Positions 21,959 to 34,747 of a stretch of 64,000 bases of DNA are shown here, piece by piece (the stretch's first letter is position 1; every line of letters starts with the position of its first letter). The notes beneath the pieces were generated by a model. It saw nothing but the letters and a program-made list of their open reading frames with translations, ran no database searches and had not been told where the DNA came from. The DNA lies in assembly GCF_053078305.1 (NCBI RefSeq), contig NZ_CP166879.1; one strand, 5' to 3'. The position numbers and the translations under genes were made by a program.

Positions 21959-24634
21959 TTACTTCAGCATATTACGAATGACATAATGCAAAATGCCGTC
22001 GTTCTGGTAGTAGGTCAACTCCGTCGCGGTGTCGATACGACAACGGCAGGGTACGACTTCCTGGCTACCATCCGCGCGCGTAAGCGTCACCGGAACCGTC
22101 GCGCCGGGTTGTAGATTTTGCAGATCGCCAATATCAATCTTCTCTTCCCCGGTTAGCCCTAACGTTTTACGCGTCACGCCTTGCGGAAATTCCAGCGGCA
22201 AGATGCCCATGCCAATTAAATTCGAACGGTGAATTCGTTCAAACGATTCGGCAATCACCACACGAATACCAAGCAGACGCGGACCTTTTGCCGCCCAGTC
22301 ACGGCTTGAGCCTGATCCATACTCTTTCCCGGCAATCACCGCCAGCGGCGTTTGCTCCTGCTTATAGCGCATCGCGGCATCATAGATAGAGACAACATCG
22401 CTGTCAGGTAAATGCCGCGTCATCCCCCCTTCAACGCCAGGCACCATTTCATTACGGATGCGAATATTGGCGAAGGTGCCGCGCATCATCACTTCATGGT
22501 TACCACGCCGCGAACCGTAGGAGTTAAAGTCTTTTCGCTCAACACCCCGACCTTGTAGATATCGACCCGCCGGGCTGTCGGGCTTAATACTGCCCGCCGG
22601 AGAGATATGGTCAGTGGTGACTGAATCCCCCAGCATTGCGAGGATCCGCGCACCGTGAATATCTTCCACAGGTGCTGGTGTTGCCTGCATTTCATCAAAG
22701 AAAGGCGATAAACGAATATAGGTTGAATCCTCCTGCCATCCGTAGGTATCGGATCGTGCGACGTTAATTTCTTTCCACTCTGCAGTGCCTTCAAAAACTT
22801 CTGCGTACTCTTTGCGGAACATTTCTGTGGAGACTTGTTCTACCGCACGGGCAATTTCTTGTGCCGATGGCCAGATATCTTTCAGATAAACCGGATCGCC
22901 TTTGCGATCATGGCCGATAGGCTCAGAAGCCAGGTTGATATTCATATTTCCCGCCAGCGCATAGGCAACCACCAGCGGCGGCGAGGCCAGCCAGTTAGTT
23001 TTAACCAGCGGATGGATACGGCCTTCAAAGTTACGGTTGCCGGACAGCACCGCACCGACGGTTAAATCGCCTTTTTTGATTGCCGTTTCGATAGGATCGG
23101 GCAGCGGCCCAGAGTTACCAATACAGGTGGTACAACCGTATCCCACAAGGTTAAACCCCAGTTCGTCGAGATACGGTGTCAGTTTCGCTTTTGCCAGATA
23201 GTCAGAAACAACTTTCGAGCCTGGTGCCAGCGACGCTTTGACCCACGGTTGCCGCTTGAGGCCCAGAGTTACGGCTTTTTTCGCCAGCAAGCCTGCAGCC
23301 ATCAGCACACTTGGGTTAGAGGTGTTGGTGCACGAGGTTATCGCAGCAATGACCACAGCGCCATCAGGTAACTGATACTGATGTCCGTTCATAACATAAT
23401 CGACCGGCTGGCGATCTTTATGCGTGGCATTCACTTCCAGTTCGTTACTGGCGGCAAATGCTTTTGGTACATCGGGCAGTGCAACGCGATCCTGTGGGCG
23501 TTTTGGCCCTGCCAGGCTCGCTTCAACGTCATTCATATCCAGTTCTAACGTACTGGTAAAAATCGGTTCATCGCCCGGGTTACGCCACATGCCCTGCGCT
23601 TTGGCGTATTTTTCGACCAACTCGACCTGATCTTCACTGCGCCCGCTTAAACGCATGTAATCGAGGGTGACAGCATCGATTGGGAAGAAGCCACAGGTGG
23701 CACCATATTCTGGCGACATATTGGCAATGGTGGCGCGATCCGCCAACGGTAGTGAATCCAGACCATCACCATAAAATTCGACGAATTTCCCGACCACGCC
23801 ATGTTTGCGCAGCATTTGGGTAACAGTGAGAACCAGGTCTGTGGCGGTAATACCTTCACGTAATTTTCCGGTAAGTTTGAAGCCCACTACGTCCGGGATA
23901 AGCATGGAAACCGGCTGGCCTAACATTGCGGCTTCTGCTTCGATCCCACCAACGCCCCACCCCAGCACGCCAAGGCCGTTGATCATGGTGGTGTGCGAGT
24001 CAGTACCAACGAGTGTATCCGGATAAGCAATCCATTCACCGTCCTGCAATTCACTCCACACTGCTTTGCCGAGATATTCGAGGTTAACCTGATGGCAAAT
24101 GCCTGTGCCTGGCGGCACGACGCTAAACCGACTGAACGCCTGCTTTCCCCATTTCAGGAACACATAACGTTCGTGGTTGCGCTCCATTTCCAGGCGTACG
24201 TTTTCTTCAAATGCCTCATCATCACCAAAACGATCGACAGTCACCGAGTGGTCAATGACCAGGTCGACCGGTGAGAGCGGATTAACCTTTGCAGTATCGC
24301 CGCCGAGGCGTTTAACCGCTTCGCGCATTGCCGCCAGATCAACAACGGCAGGTACGCCGGTAAAGTCCTGCATCAGCACCCTTGCCGGGCGGTAGGCAAT
24401 TTCACGGTCAGCATGGGCATTTTTCAGCCATCCCGCCAGCGCGTGGATATCCTCTTCGGTAACCGAGTTACCATCCTGCCAGCGCAGCAGGTTTTCGAGC
24501 AAAACTTTGAGTGACTTGGGTAGACGGGTGATATCGCCCAGTGATTTGGCAGCAAGCGGCAGGCTGTAGTAGTGGTAAGTTTTATCTTTGGCCTGCAACG
24601 TGTCCTTACTGGCTTCTCGTAGGGTTGACGACAT
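21959..24634 (-). CDS. acnA: Aconitate hydratase A
   Basis: 891 aa; aconitase Fe-S cluster cysteines and swivel domain; sequence recognised as E. coli AcnA. Confidence 0.95.
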   Translation of the reverse strand: MSSTLREASKDTLQAKDKTYHYYSLPLAAKSLGDITRLPKSLKVLLENLLRWQDGNSVTEEDIHALAGWLKNAHADREIAYRPARVLMQDFTGVPAVVDLAAMREAVKRLGGDTAKVNPLSPVDLVIDHSVTVDRFGDDEAFEENVRLEMERNHERYVFLKWGKQAFSRFSVVPPGTGICHQVNLEYLGKAVWSELQDGEWIAYPDTLVGTDSHTTMINGLGVLGWGVGGIEAEAAMLGQPVSMLIPDVVGFKLTGKLREGITATDLVLTVTQMLRKHGVVGKFVEFYGDGLDSLPLADRATIANMSPEYGATCGFFPIDAVTLDYMRLSGRSEDQVELVEKYAKAQGMWRNPGDEPIFTSTLELDMNDVEASLAGPKRPQDRVALPDVPKAFAASNELEVNATHKDRQPVDYVMNGHQYQLPDGAVVIAAITSCTNTSNPSVLMAAGLLAKKAVTLGLKRQPWVKASLAPGSKVVSDYLAKAKLTPYLDELGFNLVGYGCTTCIGNSGPLPDPIETAIKKGDLTVGAVLSGNRNFEGRIHPLVKTNWLASPPLVVAYALAGNMNINLASEPIGHDRKGDPVYLKDIWPSAQEIARAVEQVSTEMFRKEYAEVFEGTAEWKEINVARSDTYGWQEDSTYIRLSPFFDEMQATPAPVEDIHGARILAMLGDSVTTDHISPAGSIKPDSPAGRYLQGRGVERKDFNSYGSRRGNHEVMMRGTFANIRIRNEMVPGVEGGMTRHLPDSDVVSIYDAAMRYKQEQTPLAVIAGKEYGSGSSRDWAAKGPRLLGIRVVIAESFERIHRSNLIGMGILPLEFPQGVTRKTLGLTGEEKIDIGDLQNLQPGATVPVTLTRADGSQEVVPCRCRIDTATELTYYQNDGILHYVIRNMLK

Positions 24635-25006
24635 AGCTCCTCCTTAATGACAGGGTTGCGAAGCCCTGATTCTCTTCAGGGTGAATATTAAAGATAACAC
24701 AAACATCGCGTAACGATTTGATAACAACCCAAATTGATAAAAGAGGAGAAACCTTGTGGCAAAGCAAATGACAACCCCGCCGCAGCGGGGTCAAGGATCA
24801 GTGAGTAATGATCCAGAGGAGTTCGGCCCAGAAGAGCATCGACAGAGAAAATGCACCCATCCAGGACCAATATTTCATATTTGTGTTGATCATAGGCTAC
24901 ACCCTTAACGGTTATTACTTTGTGTTGAGGTAACTCAACCTGTTATTGCTGCGGTGTATTAAAAGCCCTTTAATTCATTAAAAATGGGTAATAAGAATGA
25001 TGATAA

Positions 25007-25195
25007 TTATTGTTTCGGCTGATCATCTTCAGCAAACAGTTCTATAAAGGCTTGCTGCTGCGATGTTAGTTGCCAGTCGTCTGGAATAACGACGGAACAT
25101 TCCCGCTTCGTTTCTGGTTCATTGTCACTATCCTGGCATAATGGTGACGACTCCAGTTGCTCCTGACCAACCATAGTTATCCCCACACTTTCCAA
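25007..25195 (-). CDS. yciX: Small protein YciX
   Basis: 62-aa acidic ORF between acnA and cysB, the position of ymiA-yciX in K-12. Confidence 0.45.
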   Translation of the reverse strand: MESVGITMVGQEQLESSPLCQDSDNEPETKRECSVVIPDDWQLTSQQQAFIELFAEDDQPKQ

Positions 25196-25305
25196 ATCAG
25201 CAGTGCGACAACCACCCAGAAAAGTGCAGAACCAAGAAAAACCGCCAGCCAGGCTTTACGTTTTAATTCAGGATCGCGGCGGGGTTCCTGATTTCCAGAA
25301 GGCAT
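25177..25305 (-). CDS. ymiA: Small membrane protein YmiA
   Basis: Hand-translated 42-aa ORF (MPSGNQEPRRDPELKRKAWLAVFLGSALFWVVVALLIWKVWG) with one TM helix; not in the >=60-aa ORF track; coordinates approximate. Confidence 0.4.
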   Translation of the reverse strand: MPSGNQEPRRDPELKRKAWLAVFLGSALFWVVVALLIWKVWG

Positions 25306-25589
25306 TGCTAACCTCATATAATCGCCATCACTTATCAGCAAGACGTTGAACGATTGGTGTAATTAATCATACGATGAGACAAATCCTAAAGAAACTTTAG
25401 TCAAAAATCCAGCGAATTTACGAATCGTCTCCAGTGAATAATTCAATCTTTTGACCTGAAATAGATATTTGAAAACTGGAATTTGCGAGGCGGGTAATTA
25501 GACACTACTTTACAGGTAATTTACCCTATAAATATGAGGGATAAAAATATTGTGCACGATATACAAATAAGTAACAAAAGAAAATATAT

Positions 25590-25621
25590 TTCGGCACCTT
25601 CGCTACAAAAAAGGTGCCGAA
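25590..25621 (-). terminator. cysB intrinsic terminator
   Basis: cggcacctt / aaggtgccg hairpin, followed on the minus strand by an A/T-rich tract, 15 bp after cysB stop. Confidence 0.5.
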
Positions 25622-25635
25622 AATAACGCAAGAAA

Positions 25636-26634
<999 letters not shown>

Positions 26635-26761
26635 TCAGAACATCGTTTTTTCGTCACACCTGGCGGGTGACTAATACGATTTAATAATAAAAAAGGTGCT
26701 AACTATAACCACTATATCATTTATAGCCTTAGTGTATAGGTATGAAGAAAAAATAATATGC

Positions 26762-26794
26762 AATAAAAAAGGGCCGCTTTCGCGACCCTTTGTT
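26762..26794 (-). terminator. topA intrinsic terminator
   Basis: aaagggtcgcgaaagcggccc hairpin followed by ttttttatt on the minus strand, ~25 bp after topA stop. Confidence 0.45.
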
Positions 26795-26819
26795 TATAAA
26801 AACCTGACAGAATTAAAGG

Positions 26820-29417
26820 TTATTTTTTCCCTTCAACCCATTTGCCATCAACATAAAATGCTGACCAGCCAGTCGCCTTTCCGTCTTTTTCCGAAGAGAC
26901 ATATTGCTGTTTGGTTTTACGGCTAAAGCGAACCATAGTCTTATTACCTTCCGGATCCTGTTGCGGCGCATCGGCCAGATAACGCAGTTTTTCCGGCAGA
27001 CGATCGCGGAAGCGATACAGCTCTTCCACCAGCGGCGCACGCGTTTCACGCGATTTCGGGAAGGTATTGGCCGCCAGGAACACACCGGCAGCACCGTCAC
27101 GCAGCACGAAATAGGCATCTGATTTTTCGCACGGCAGCTCCGGTAATGGTACCGGATCTTCTTTCGGTGGAGCCACTTCGCCGTTACGTAAAATCTTACG
27201 CGTGTTTTTACACTCTTCGTTGGTGCAGGCCATATATTTACCGAAACGCCCCATTTTCAGGTGCATTTCAGAACCACATTTTTCACACTCAACGATCGGG
27301 CCGTCATAACCTTTAATGCGGAATTCGCCCTCTTCGATCTCGTAACCGTCGCAGGTTGGGTTATTACCACAGACATGCAACTTACGTTTCGGATCGATGA
27401 GATAGCTGTCCATCGCCGTGCCGCATTTCGGGCAACGACGTTTTGCGCGCAGCGCGTTGGTTTCAGCGTCTTCGCCTTCCAGCACGTTCAGCACTTCGTT
27501 TTCCGGCACCAGGTTAATGGTTGTTTTGCAACGCTCTTTCGGCGGCAGCGCATAGCCAGAACAGCCAAGGAATACCCCGGTGCTCGCTGTGCGAATCCCC
27601 ATTTTGCGACCACAGGTCGGGCAGTCGATGCTGGTCAGAACCATCTGGTTCGGACGCATACCCCCCTCTTCCGGATCTTTTTCAGCTTTATCTAACTGCT
27701 GAGTGAAATCCGAGAAGAAGTGATCCAGTACAGCTTTCCACTCTGCTTCGTGATTTGCCACCTGGTCGAGGCTGTTTTCCATCTGCGCGGTGAAGTCGTA
27801 GTTCATTAACTCGCGGAAATTCTCTTCCAGGCGATCGGTGACGATTTCGCCCATTTTTTCCGCATAGAAACGACGGTTTTCTACACGCACATAGCCACGA
27901 TCCTGAATGGTCGAAATGATCGACGCATAGGTAGACGGACGACCGATACCGCGTTTTTCCAGTTCTTTAACCAGCGATGCTTCACTGAAACGGGCTGGCG
28001 GCTTGGTAAAGTGCTGGGCTGGTGTCAGTTCAACGAGCGTCAGAGCATCGCCTTTATCGACTGCCGGTAAGATACGATCTTCATCGCCTTTACGCAGTGC
28101 AGGCATCACTTTTGTCCAGCCATCAAAGCGCAAAATACGACCGCGTGCTTTCAGGCGGAAATCGCCCGCACCAACGGTCAGCGTCGTGGAGTCATATTTC
28201 GCTGGGGTCATCTGGCAAGCAACGAACTGACGCCAGATTAACTGGTACAGTTTCTGCGCATCTGCTTCCATATCCTTCAGAGATTCCGCCATCACATTGA
28301 CGTCAGAAGGGCGAATCGCTTCGTGCGCTTCCTGTGAGTTTTCTTTGCTGGCGTACTGATTCGGACTTTCCGGCAGATATTTCTTACCAAAATTATCGCT
28401 GATATAACCGCGAACCATATTTACCGCGTCCTGACTCAGGTTAGTGGAGTCGGTACGCATGTAAGTGATATAGCCTGCTTCATACAAACGCTGCGCCATC
28501 ATCATGGTTTTTTTCACGCCAAATCCAAGACGGGTGCTGGCAGCTTGTTGCAGCGTAGAGGTAATAAAAGGAGCGCCAGGTTTACTGGTTGTCGGTTTGT
28601 CTTCACGTTCCAGCACGCTGTAGCGCGCTTTTTCCAGCAGACTTACCGCAGCCTGAGTTTGTTCTTTGTTGACCGGACGGAACGGTTTGTCGTTCTGATG
28701 AGTCACCTGCAACGCCAACGCTTCACCAGATGGCGTGGTCGTGCTGGCATCGACTTCCCAGAACTCTTCCGGCACGAACGCTTTAATTTCACGCTCACGC
28801 TCGACCACCAGGCGGACTGCCACCGACTGCACACGACCGGCAGATAGACCACGAGCGATCTTTTTCCATAGCAGCGGCGAAACCATATACCCCACCACGC
28901 GGTCCATAAAGCGACGCGCCTGCTGGGCATTAACACGATCAATATTCAGCTCACCCGGTTTGTTAAATGCCTGGCGGATCGCGTTTTTAGTAATTTCGTT
29001 AAACACCACTCGGCTATAGCGCGCATCATCACCACCAATCACTTCCCGCAGGTGCCATGCAATGGCTTCCCCTTCGCGGTCAAGGTCGGTTGCGAGATAG
29101 ATGTGGTCGGCTTTTTCAGCCAGTTGTTTCAGTTCAGAGACGACCTTCTCTTTACCAGGCAACACTTCATAGTGCGCCTCCCAATTGTGCCACGGGTCAA
29201 CCCCCATACGGTTGACGAGAGCGCCACGTTCATCCTTTTTAGGCTTTTTAGCCGTCTTGGTGGAGGTAGAGTCGGCACTCTTTTTGGCAGCTGAGCCACT
29301 GGTCGGCAAATCGCGGATGTGACCGACGCTGGATTTCACCACGTAGTCACTACCCAGATACTTGTTGATCGTTTTGGCTTTTGCCGGGGACTCAACGATG
29401 ACAAGAGCTTTACCCAT
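26820..29417 (-). CDS. topA: DNA topoisomerase I
   Basis: ORF 26820..29459; likely start at [15 protein letters not shown] giving 865 aa; Toprim domain, three C4 zinc ribbons and C-terminal repeats. Confidence 0.95.
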   Translation of the reverse strand: MGKALVIVESPAKAKTINKYLGSDYVVKSSVGHIRDLPTSGSAAKKSADSTSTKTAKKPKKDERGALVNRMGVDPWHNWEAHYEVLPGKEKVVSELKQLAEKADHIYLATDLDREGEAIAWHLREVIGGDDARYSRVVFNEITKNAIRQAFNKPGELNIDRVNAQQARRFMDRVVGYMVSPLLWKKIARGLSAGRVQSVAVRLVVEREREIKAFVPEEFWEVDASTTTPSGEALALQVTHQNDKPFRPVNKEQTQAAVSLLEKARYSVLEREDKPTTSKPGAPFITSTLQQAASTRLGFGVKKTMMMAQRLYEAGYITYMRTDSTNLSQDAVNMVRGYISDNFGKKYLPESPNQYASKENSQEAHEAIRPSDVNVMAESLKDMEADAQKLYQLIWRQFVACQMTPAKYDSTTLTVGAGDFRLKARGRILRFDGWTKVMPALRKGDEDRILPAVDKGDALTLVELTPAQHFTKPPARFSEASLVKELEKRGIGRPSTYASIISTIQDRGYVRVENRRFYAEKMGEIVTDRLEENFRELMNYDFTAQMENSLDQVANHEAEWKAVLDHFFSDFTQQLDKAEKDPEEGGMRPNQMVLTSIDCPTCGRKMGIRTASTGVFLGCSGYALPPKERCKTTINLVPENEVLNVLEGEDAETNALRAKRRCPKCGTAMDSYLIDPKRKLHVCGNNPTCDGYEIEEGEFRIKGYDGPIVECEKCGSEMHLKMGRFGKYMACTNEECKNTRKILRNGEVAPPKEDPVPLPELPCEKSDAYFVLRDGAAGVFLAANTFPKSRETRAPLVEELYRFRDRLPEKLRYLADAPQQDPEGNKTMVRFSRKTKQQYVSSEKDGKATGWSAFYVDGKWVEGKK

Positions 29418-29796
29418 ATTCACCTTACCTAATTTGATTCTTCCAGGAATGCGTCGCACGTTGATAAACCTTCCACTGGCAACGAGTTACCGATATGGAC
29501 TCGTTCTCTGCGGATATCAACCCCTTGTCGTGACTCTGTTCACGAAAATTCAGGTGACTGAGTTAACAGGTCTTGGCCTACAGGCGCTATAGCACGACGG
29601 AATTTTGGTCGAATGTCAAGCAAATCTATTGCCAGATTGACGAAAGCGTCACACTGTACCTGATAAAATCCGATACGCAACTTTATTAGCATGCAAAATC
29701 CAAAGTTGCCAGTAAGGCGCTCTTGCCACCAGCGTGGTATATTTGTCTGCAAGCCATGCCTGGCGTAGACTAATGTCCTTGTTTAAGGAGTAAATA

Positions 29797-30048
29797 ATGA
29801 ACAAAGAGACACAACCCATCGACCGCGAAACGCTGTTGAAAGAGGCCAACAAAATCATTCGTGAGCATGAGGATACGCTCGCAGGGATTGAAGCCACCGG
29901 CGTCACGCAGCGTAATGGCGTGCTGGTATTTACCGGCGACTACTTTTTAGATGAACAAGGATTGCCAACAGCCAAAAGCACCGCGGTGTTTAATATGTTC
30001 AAACACCTGGCCCATGTGCTTTCAGAAAAATATCACCTGGTTGATTAA
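29797..30048 (+). CDS. yciN: Small protein YciN
   Basis: 83 aa; K-12 synteny between topA and sohB. Confidence 0.8.
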
Positions 30049-30051
30049 AGC

Positions 30052-30086
30052 AAAACGCGAGGTCTTACCCTCGCGTTTGTCTTTTA
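30052..30086. terminator. Bidirectional terminator between yciN and sohB
   Basis: aaaacgcgagg-tcttac-cctcgcgttt hairpin followed by gtctttt. Confidence 0.5.
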
Positions 30087-31133
30087 CATCAATGGCTTTT
30101 GCCCCCGCTGCCACCAGCGTAACAACAATCGATCGGCGCTCTCTGCCGCGCTGCCGGTGAATCGGTCAATGAGTCGTTTACGCTGCATATAGCGTACATT
30201 GACCACTTCTCGGCCTTCCATCAGGCTAAGAATAACTTCATCACTGGTGTTGATTTCATCAACCAGGCCTTTCTCTACCGCCTGTTGTCCGTACCAGTGT
30301 TCACCCGTTGCCACCTGTTCAATATCCAGAGACGGACGCATACGCTTCACAAAATCTTTAAATAACTGATGCGTTTCGTTCAGCTCTTCGCGGAATTTCT
30401 CCCGCCCTTCTTCGGTATTTTCACCCAGCAAGGTCAGCGTACGCTTATACTGCCCGGCGGTGTGAAGTTCGATATCAATATCTTTGCTTTTCAGGAAGCG
30501 GTTAAAGTTGGGCATTTGCGCCACCACCCCAATGGAACCCACAATAGCAAACGGTGCGGAAACAATTTTGTCCGCCACACAGGCCATCATGTAACCGCCG
30601 CTGGCAGCGACTTTGTCTACCGTAACAGTTAAAGGAATGTTTTTATCGCGCAGACGCTGCAGCTGCGAAGCCGCCAACCCGTAACCATGCACCATGCCAC
30701 CAGGGCTTTCCAGACGGAGCACAACCTGATCCTGCGGTTTGAATGCTGCGAGTACAGCCGTTATCTCTTCACGTAGCGAGTTCACTTCATGGGCGTCCAT
30801 GCTGCCTTTAAAATCCAGCACCCAGACGCGGGGTTTACTGTCAGTTGCCACCTCTCCCAGTTTGGCTTTCGCTTTTGCTGCTTTCGCTTCTTGCTTATGC
30901 TTTTTCTTCTGCGCTTTGTGCCACTGTTTTTGCTGATGTGAGTCCATCAGCGCCGCGGCCAGTTCTTCTTTCATCTCCTTATACTGTTCGCTGAGATTGT
31001 TGACCCGTAACTCGCCACGCTGGCGTTTATTACGTTGAGCAACATTGACAATAATGGCGGCAATCGCCGCAATCGCTAGCACAACGGTAACGATTTTCGC
31101 CAAAAACAAACCATATTCAGACAACAATTCCAC
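30084..31133 (-). CDS. sohB: Inner-membrane S49 peptidase SohB
   Basis: 349 aa; N-terminal TM, lysine-rich linker and ClpP/SppA-type domain. Confidence 0.9.
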   Translation of the reverse strand: MELLSEYGLFLAKIVTVVLAIAAIAAIIVNVAQRNKRQRGELRVNNLSEQYKEMKEELAAALMDSHQQKQWHKAQKKKHKQEAKAAKAKAKLGEVATDSKPRVWVLDFKGSMDAHEVNSLREEITAVLAAFKPQDQVVLRLESPGGMVHGYGLAASQLQRLRDKNIPLTVTVDKVAASGGYMMACVADKIVSAPFAIVGSIGVVAQMPNFNRFLKSKDIDIELHTAGQYKRTLTLLGENTEEGREKFREELNETHQLFKDFVKRMRPSLDIEQVATGEHWYGQQAVEKGLVDEINTSDEVILSLMEGREVVNVRYMQRKRLIDRFTGSAAESADRLLLRWWQRGQKPLM

Positions 31134-31352
31134 GAGTCCCCACCTTGGTTAAACAACGCTTTGGCTCACAGTTTACAACAGGCATGTTAAGCCGTCTCGC
31201 AGAGATGTTATTGCAGCGAAAGTATGACAAAGTATCCATTTTGCGGTGTTATCGCCCCAGGCTGATTGAAATGCCCTTCTGTTTCAGGCATAAAGCCCCA
31301 AAGTCATAAAGTACACTGGCAGCGCGACAGACAACGTCGTTGAGGAGTAGCC

Positions 31353-32111
31353 ATGCATTACCAGCCAAAACAAGATTTACTCAATGATCGCATTATCCTG
31401 GTGACGGGAGCCAGTGATGGTATTGGTCGTGAAGCCGCGATGACGTATGCACGCTATGGTGCGACAGTGATTCTGTTGGGCCGTAATGAAGAAAAATTAC
31501 GTCAGGTAGCCAGCCACATAAACGAAGAAACTGGGCGTCAGCCACAGTGGTTTATTCTCGATTTGCTGACCTGCAGGTCCGAAGATTGCCAACAACTGGC
31601 ACAGCGCATTGCCGTTAATTATCCGCGTCTGGATGGTGTTTTGCATAATGCCGGATTGCTCGGCGATGTTTGCCCAATGAGCGAACAAAATCCACAGGTC
31701 TGGCAGGACGTCATACAGGTCAACGTTAATGCTACCTTTATGCTCACCCAGGCACTGCTTCCTTTATTACTCAAATCGGACGCCGGTTCACTGGTCTTTA
31801 CTTCATCAAGCGTTGGACGTCAGGGACGAGCCAACTGGGGCGCATATGCAGCGTCGAAATTTGCCACCGAAGGGATGATGCAGGTACTGGCCGATGAATA
31901 TCAGCAGCGCCTGCGCGTCAACTGCATTAACCCAGGCGGTACGCGCACCGCAATGCGTGCCAGTGCATTCCCGACCGAAGATCCACAGAAACTAAAAACA
32001 CCCGCTGATATCATGCCGCTCTACCTTTGGCTGATGGGCGATGACAGCCGCCGTAAAACCGGCATGACCTTTGACGCCCAACCGGGCCGTAAACCAGGAA
32101 TTTCCCAATGA
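31353..32111 (+). CDS. yciK: Short-chain dehydrogenase/reductase YciK
   Basis: 252 aa; Rossmann TGASDGIG and YxxxK catalytic motif. Confidence 0.85.
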   Translation: MHYQPKQDLLNDRIILVTGASDGIGREAAMTYARYGATVILLGRNEEKLRQVASHINEETGRQPQWFILDLLTCRSEDCQQLAQRIAVNYPRLDGVLHNAGLLGDVCPMSEQNPQVWQDVIQVNVNATFMLTQALLPLLLKSDAGSLVFTSSSVGRQGRANWGAYAASKFATEGMMQVLADEYQQRLRVNCINPGGTRTAMRASAFPTEDPQKLKTPADIMPLYLWLMGDDSRRKTGMTFDAQPGRKPGISQ

Positions 32112-32698
32112 GTGATGAACGCTACCAACAGCGTCAGCAACGAGTGAAAGAGAAAGTAGATGCTCGTGTGGCCCAGGCCCAGGATGAACGCGGTATTATC
32201 ATCGTCTTTACCGGCAATGGAAAAGGCAAAACCACCGCGGCATTTGGTACGGCAACACGCGCAGTTGGTCACGGAAAAAAAGTGGGCGTCGTGCAGTTTA
32301 TTAAAGGCACCTGGCCTAATGGCGAACGCAATCTGCTGGAGCCACATGGCGTTGAGTTTCAGGTGATGGCAACGGGCTTTACCTGGGATACACAAAACCG
32401 CGAGTCTGATACCGCCGCCTGCCGCGAAGTCTGGCAACATGCAAAGCGGATGCTTGCTGATTCCTCACTGGATATGGTTTTGCTCGATGAGCTGACATAT
32501 ATGGTGGCGTATGACTATTTGCCACTGGAAGAAGTGTTGCAGGCGTTAAATGAACGTCCACATCAACAGACGGTGATTATCACGGGTCGAGGCTGTCATC
32601 GGGATATTCTTGAACTGGCGGATACGGTGAGTGAGTTGCGCCCCATCAAACATGCGTTTGATGCCGGTGTAAAAGCGCAGATAGGGATCGATTATTAA
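32108..32698 (+). CDS. btuR: Cob(I)yrinic acid a,c-diamide adenosyltransferase
   Basis: 196 aa; P-loop GNGKGKTTAA; overlaps yciK stop by 4 bp. Confidence 0.9.
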   Translation: MSDERYQQRQQRVKEKVDARVAQAQDERGIIIVFTGNGKGKTTAAFGTATRAVGHGKKVGVVQFIKGTWPNGERNLLEPHGVEFQVMATGFTWDTQNRESDTAACREVWQHAKRMLADSSLDMVLLDELTYMVAYDYLPLEEVLQALNERPHQQTVIITGRGCHRDILELADTVSELRPIKHAFDAGVKAQIGIDY

Positions 32699-32705
32699 TC
32701 TGTAA

Positions 32706-32732
32706 AAATGCCGGATATGACGTCCGGCATAC
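32706..32732. terminator. Bidirectional hairpin between btuR and rluB
   Basis: atgccgga-tatgacg-tccggcat inverted repeat between convergent stops. Confidence 0.45.
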
Positions 32733-32737
32733 TTTGA

Positions 32738-33610
32738 TTAACCGTTATTACGTCCGCCAGAACGACGACCGCCGCTCACCTGACTGTGACGTTTCACCGC
32801 ACGACGAATCTGATTCGCCTTCATGCGACGACGGTCTTTTTCTACAGCGACTTTAGAGCTGGTTTCTGGCGGTAGCTCCACCAGTTCGCGCAGATAGTTA
32901 GTCTGGGCGAGGTCCAGCTCCGTCCAGCCACCGCGTGGCAGACCTTTTGGCAGTGGGATATCACCGTAACGAACACGGATCAGGCGGCTCACCTGCACAC
33001 CAACCGCTTCCCACAGACGACGAACTTCACGGTTACGGCCTTCGGTCAGAGTCACGTTGTACCACTGGTTGATCCCTTCGCCGCCGCTGAACTTGATGGT
33101 TTTAAAAGCTGCCGGACCATCTTCCAACTGCACGCCACGACTCAAATCACGCAGTTTCGCGTCGTCAACCTGACCAAATACACGCACGGCATATTCACGT
33201 TCAACTTCACGGCTTGGGTGCATTAAACGGTTTGCCAGTTCACCATCGGTGGTGAACAGCAGCAGACCACAGGTATTAACGTCCAAGCGACCCACGGCAA
33301 TCCAGCGTGCGCCACGCAGTTTTGGCAGACGGTCAAACACCGTTGGACGTCCTTCCGGATCGTTACGGGTACACAACTCACCTTCCGGTTTGTAATAGGC
33401 CAGAACGCGACAAATTTGTTCAGCGGACTCACGTACCGAAATCAGGTGACCATCGATACGGATTTTCAATCCAGGGGTAACTTCAACGCGATCGCCGAGT
33501 TTAGCAATTTTGCCATCAACACTCACACGACCGGCTTCAATAATAGATTCGATTTCACGGCGAGAACCGTGGCCGGCACGCGCCAGCACTTTCTGTAGCT
33601 TTTCGCTCAT
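32738..33610 (-). CDS. rluB: 23S rRNA pseudouridine(2605) synthase RluB
   Basis: 290 aa; S4 domain, RsuA/RluB catalytic motif ([17 protein letters not shown]), arginine/glycine-rich C-tail. Confidence 0.9.
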   Translation of the reverse strand: MSEKLQKVLARAGHGSRREIESIIEAGRVSVDGKIAKLGDRVEVTPGLKIRIDGHLISVRESAEQICRVLAYYKPEGELCTRNDPEGRPTVFDRLPKLRGARWIAVGRLDVNTCGLLLFTTDGELANRLMHPSREVEREYAVRVFGQVDDAKLRDLSRGVQLEDGPAAFKTIKFSGGEGINQWYNVTLTEGRNREVRRLWEAVGVQVSRLIRVRYGDIPLPKGLPRGGWTELDLAQTNYLRELVELPPETSSKVAVEKDRRRMKANQIRRAVKRHSQVSGGRRSGGRNNG

Positions 33611-33822
33611 AGAGCTTCCTTTTGGTGTCGCCTTCCCAGGCGTCTGATATGCTTTTGTGCAACAGTGAGTCAGAACTTACATCTGACTCACTGATAGTAA
33701 AGTCTGTTTGAACTCTTCAGGCCTTAAGTAAACGACTCGACGTTTTAACTGGCCTGGCTTTGAGGCGCAACATACTACACTATCTTTATGGTTAAAGCTT
33801 GTTTCGATTATCATCAGCTTAA

Positions 33823-34473
33823 TTACCAGCCACCACCGCCTCCGCCACCCGCGCCGCCGCCAGCACCACCACCGGAATAACTTCGCCCCAACAAACTGGT
33901 ATTGGCCCCCAGACTCAGGTGCATCTGTAATGAGAACAAAACGCCACTACGGGCAATTTCCGGGGCGCTAACAGCCGCTGTGAGTGATGGGGTGATACGT
34001 GCTACCCATTCTCTTCCAAGGTTTGCTGAGACTGCCCAACCTGGCAACGCGTAATCCAGTTTCCGTGTTTCCCCTTTCCGCCGCCGCCCACTGTGTGTTG
34101 CCGCCTCTTTACGCGCAAGATAGTTAACGATAGCTTCACCGTGGGCATAACGTTGCTGCCCAGTTTGGGTAAACTTTGGCAGAAAAATATACCCCATACC
34201 AGTGAGATAACCGGTCAGGAAAACAGCGCTAAAATAACCCGCTGGCATATACCAGTAAAAGAATACATCTCCGACATTGATATAGAGAGAATAAAAGGCC
34301 ACGCCTGAACAAATCAGCGGTAAAAACAAAGTGATGATTACACGATTAACGCAAGGCTTGTCATCATCGCGGGCAAACAAAAGCTCAAGGGAGCAAAATA
34401 AAAAAGGAAGAAGCCAGCAGATCATAATAAACATATCGCCCATGTAACCAGGTAAATCATTTGATACCGACAA
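33823..34473 (-). pseudogene. yciQ: 3' remnant of membrane protein gene yciQ, truncated by prophage insertion
   Basis: 216-aa ORF with TM helices and glycine-rich C-tail in the position of yciQ (upstream of rluB in K-12) but far shorter than a full-length gene; its 5' side runs into prophage-end sequence; ORF start is a TTG, not a real start. Confidence 0.5.
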
Positions 34474-34620
34474 GGGTTTTAGTGAAAGGAGGTGAAATCA
34501 CCTGTAAGATACTGAAATAAAACAGGTGATCGATGATTCTGGAGGTTGTTTAGTTTTGATACTGATTAAATAAAATCCGGTATAAAATTAAGGTATCGGC
34601 AACAAATTTGATACTGCACA
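34458..34620. repeat. Putative prophage left-end (attL) transposase-binding sites
   Basis: TTGATAC(C/T)G-like motifs at ~34461, ~34557 and ~34608 plus related copies (agatactga ~34507; inverted gccgatacc ~34592); about 96 and 51 bp apart, similar to my recollection of Mu L1/L2/L3 spacing. Confidence 0.4.
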
Positions 34621-34747
34621 TACTGCTTATGGACGTTTTTAAAAGTACTTAAAATGTCTTTTATGCTAAAAAGTTTATATCAATATCGATCTGGTCACAA
34701 ATCAAGTTGAAAGTGCTCGCTAAGTGCATAGCCTGGGCTTCATGGGG

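Noticed and set aside
22029-24395. Short ORFs on the plus strand inside acnA
   Set aside because: Antisense to the well-supported acnA CDS; low-complexity translations.
25320-25635. Possible small RNA or extra gene in the AT-rich gap between ymiA and cysB
   Set aside because: No convincing ORF or conserved structure apart from the cysB terminator hairpin; insufficient evidence.
33823-34473. Glycine-rich 216-aa ORF as a prophage cargo gene
   Set aside because: Its position matches the host yciQ 3' end next to rluB and it is transcribed away from the prophage; more parsimonious as a host gene remnant, though this rests on recalled synteny.
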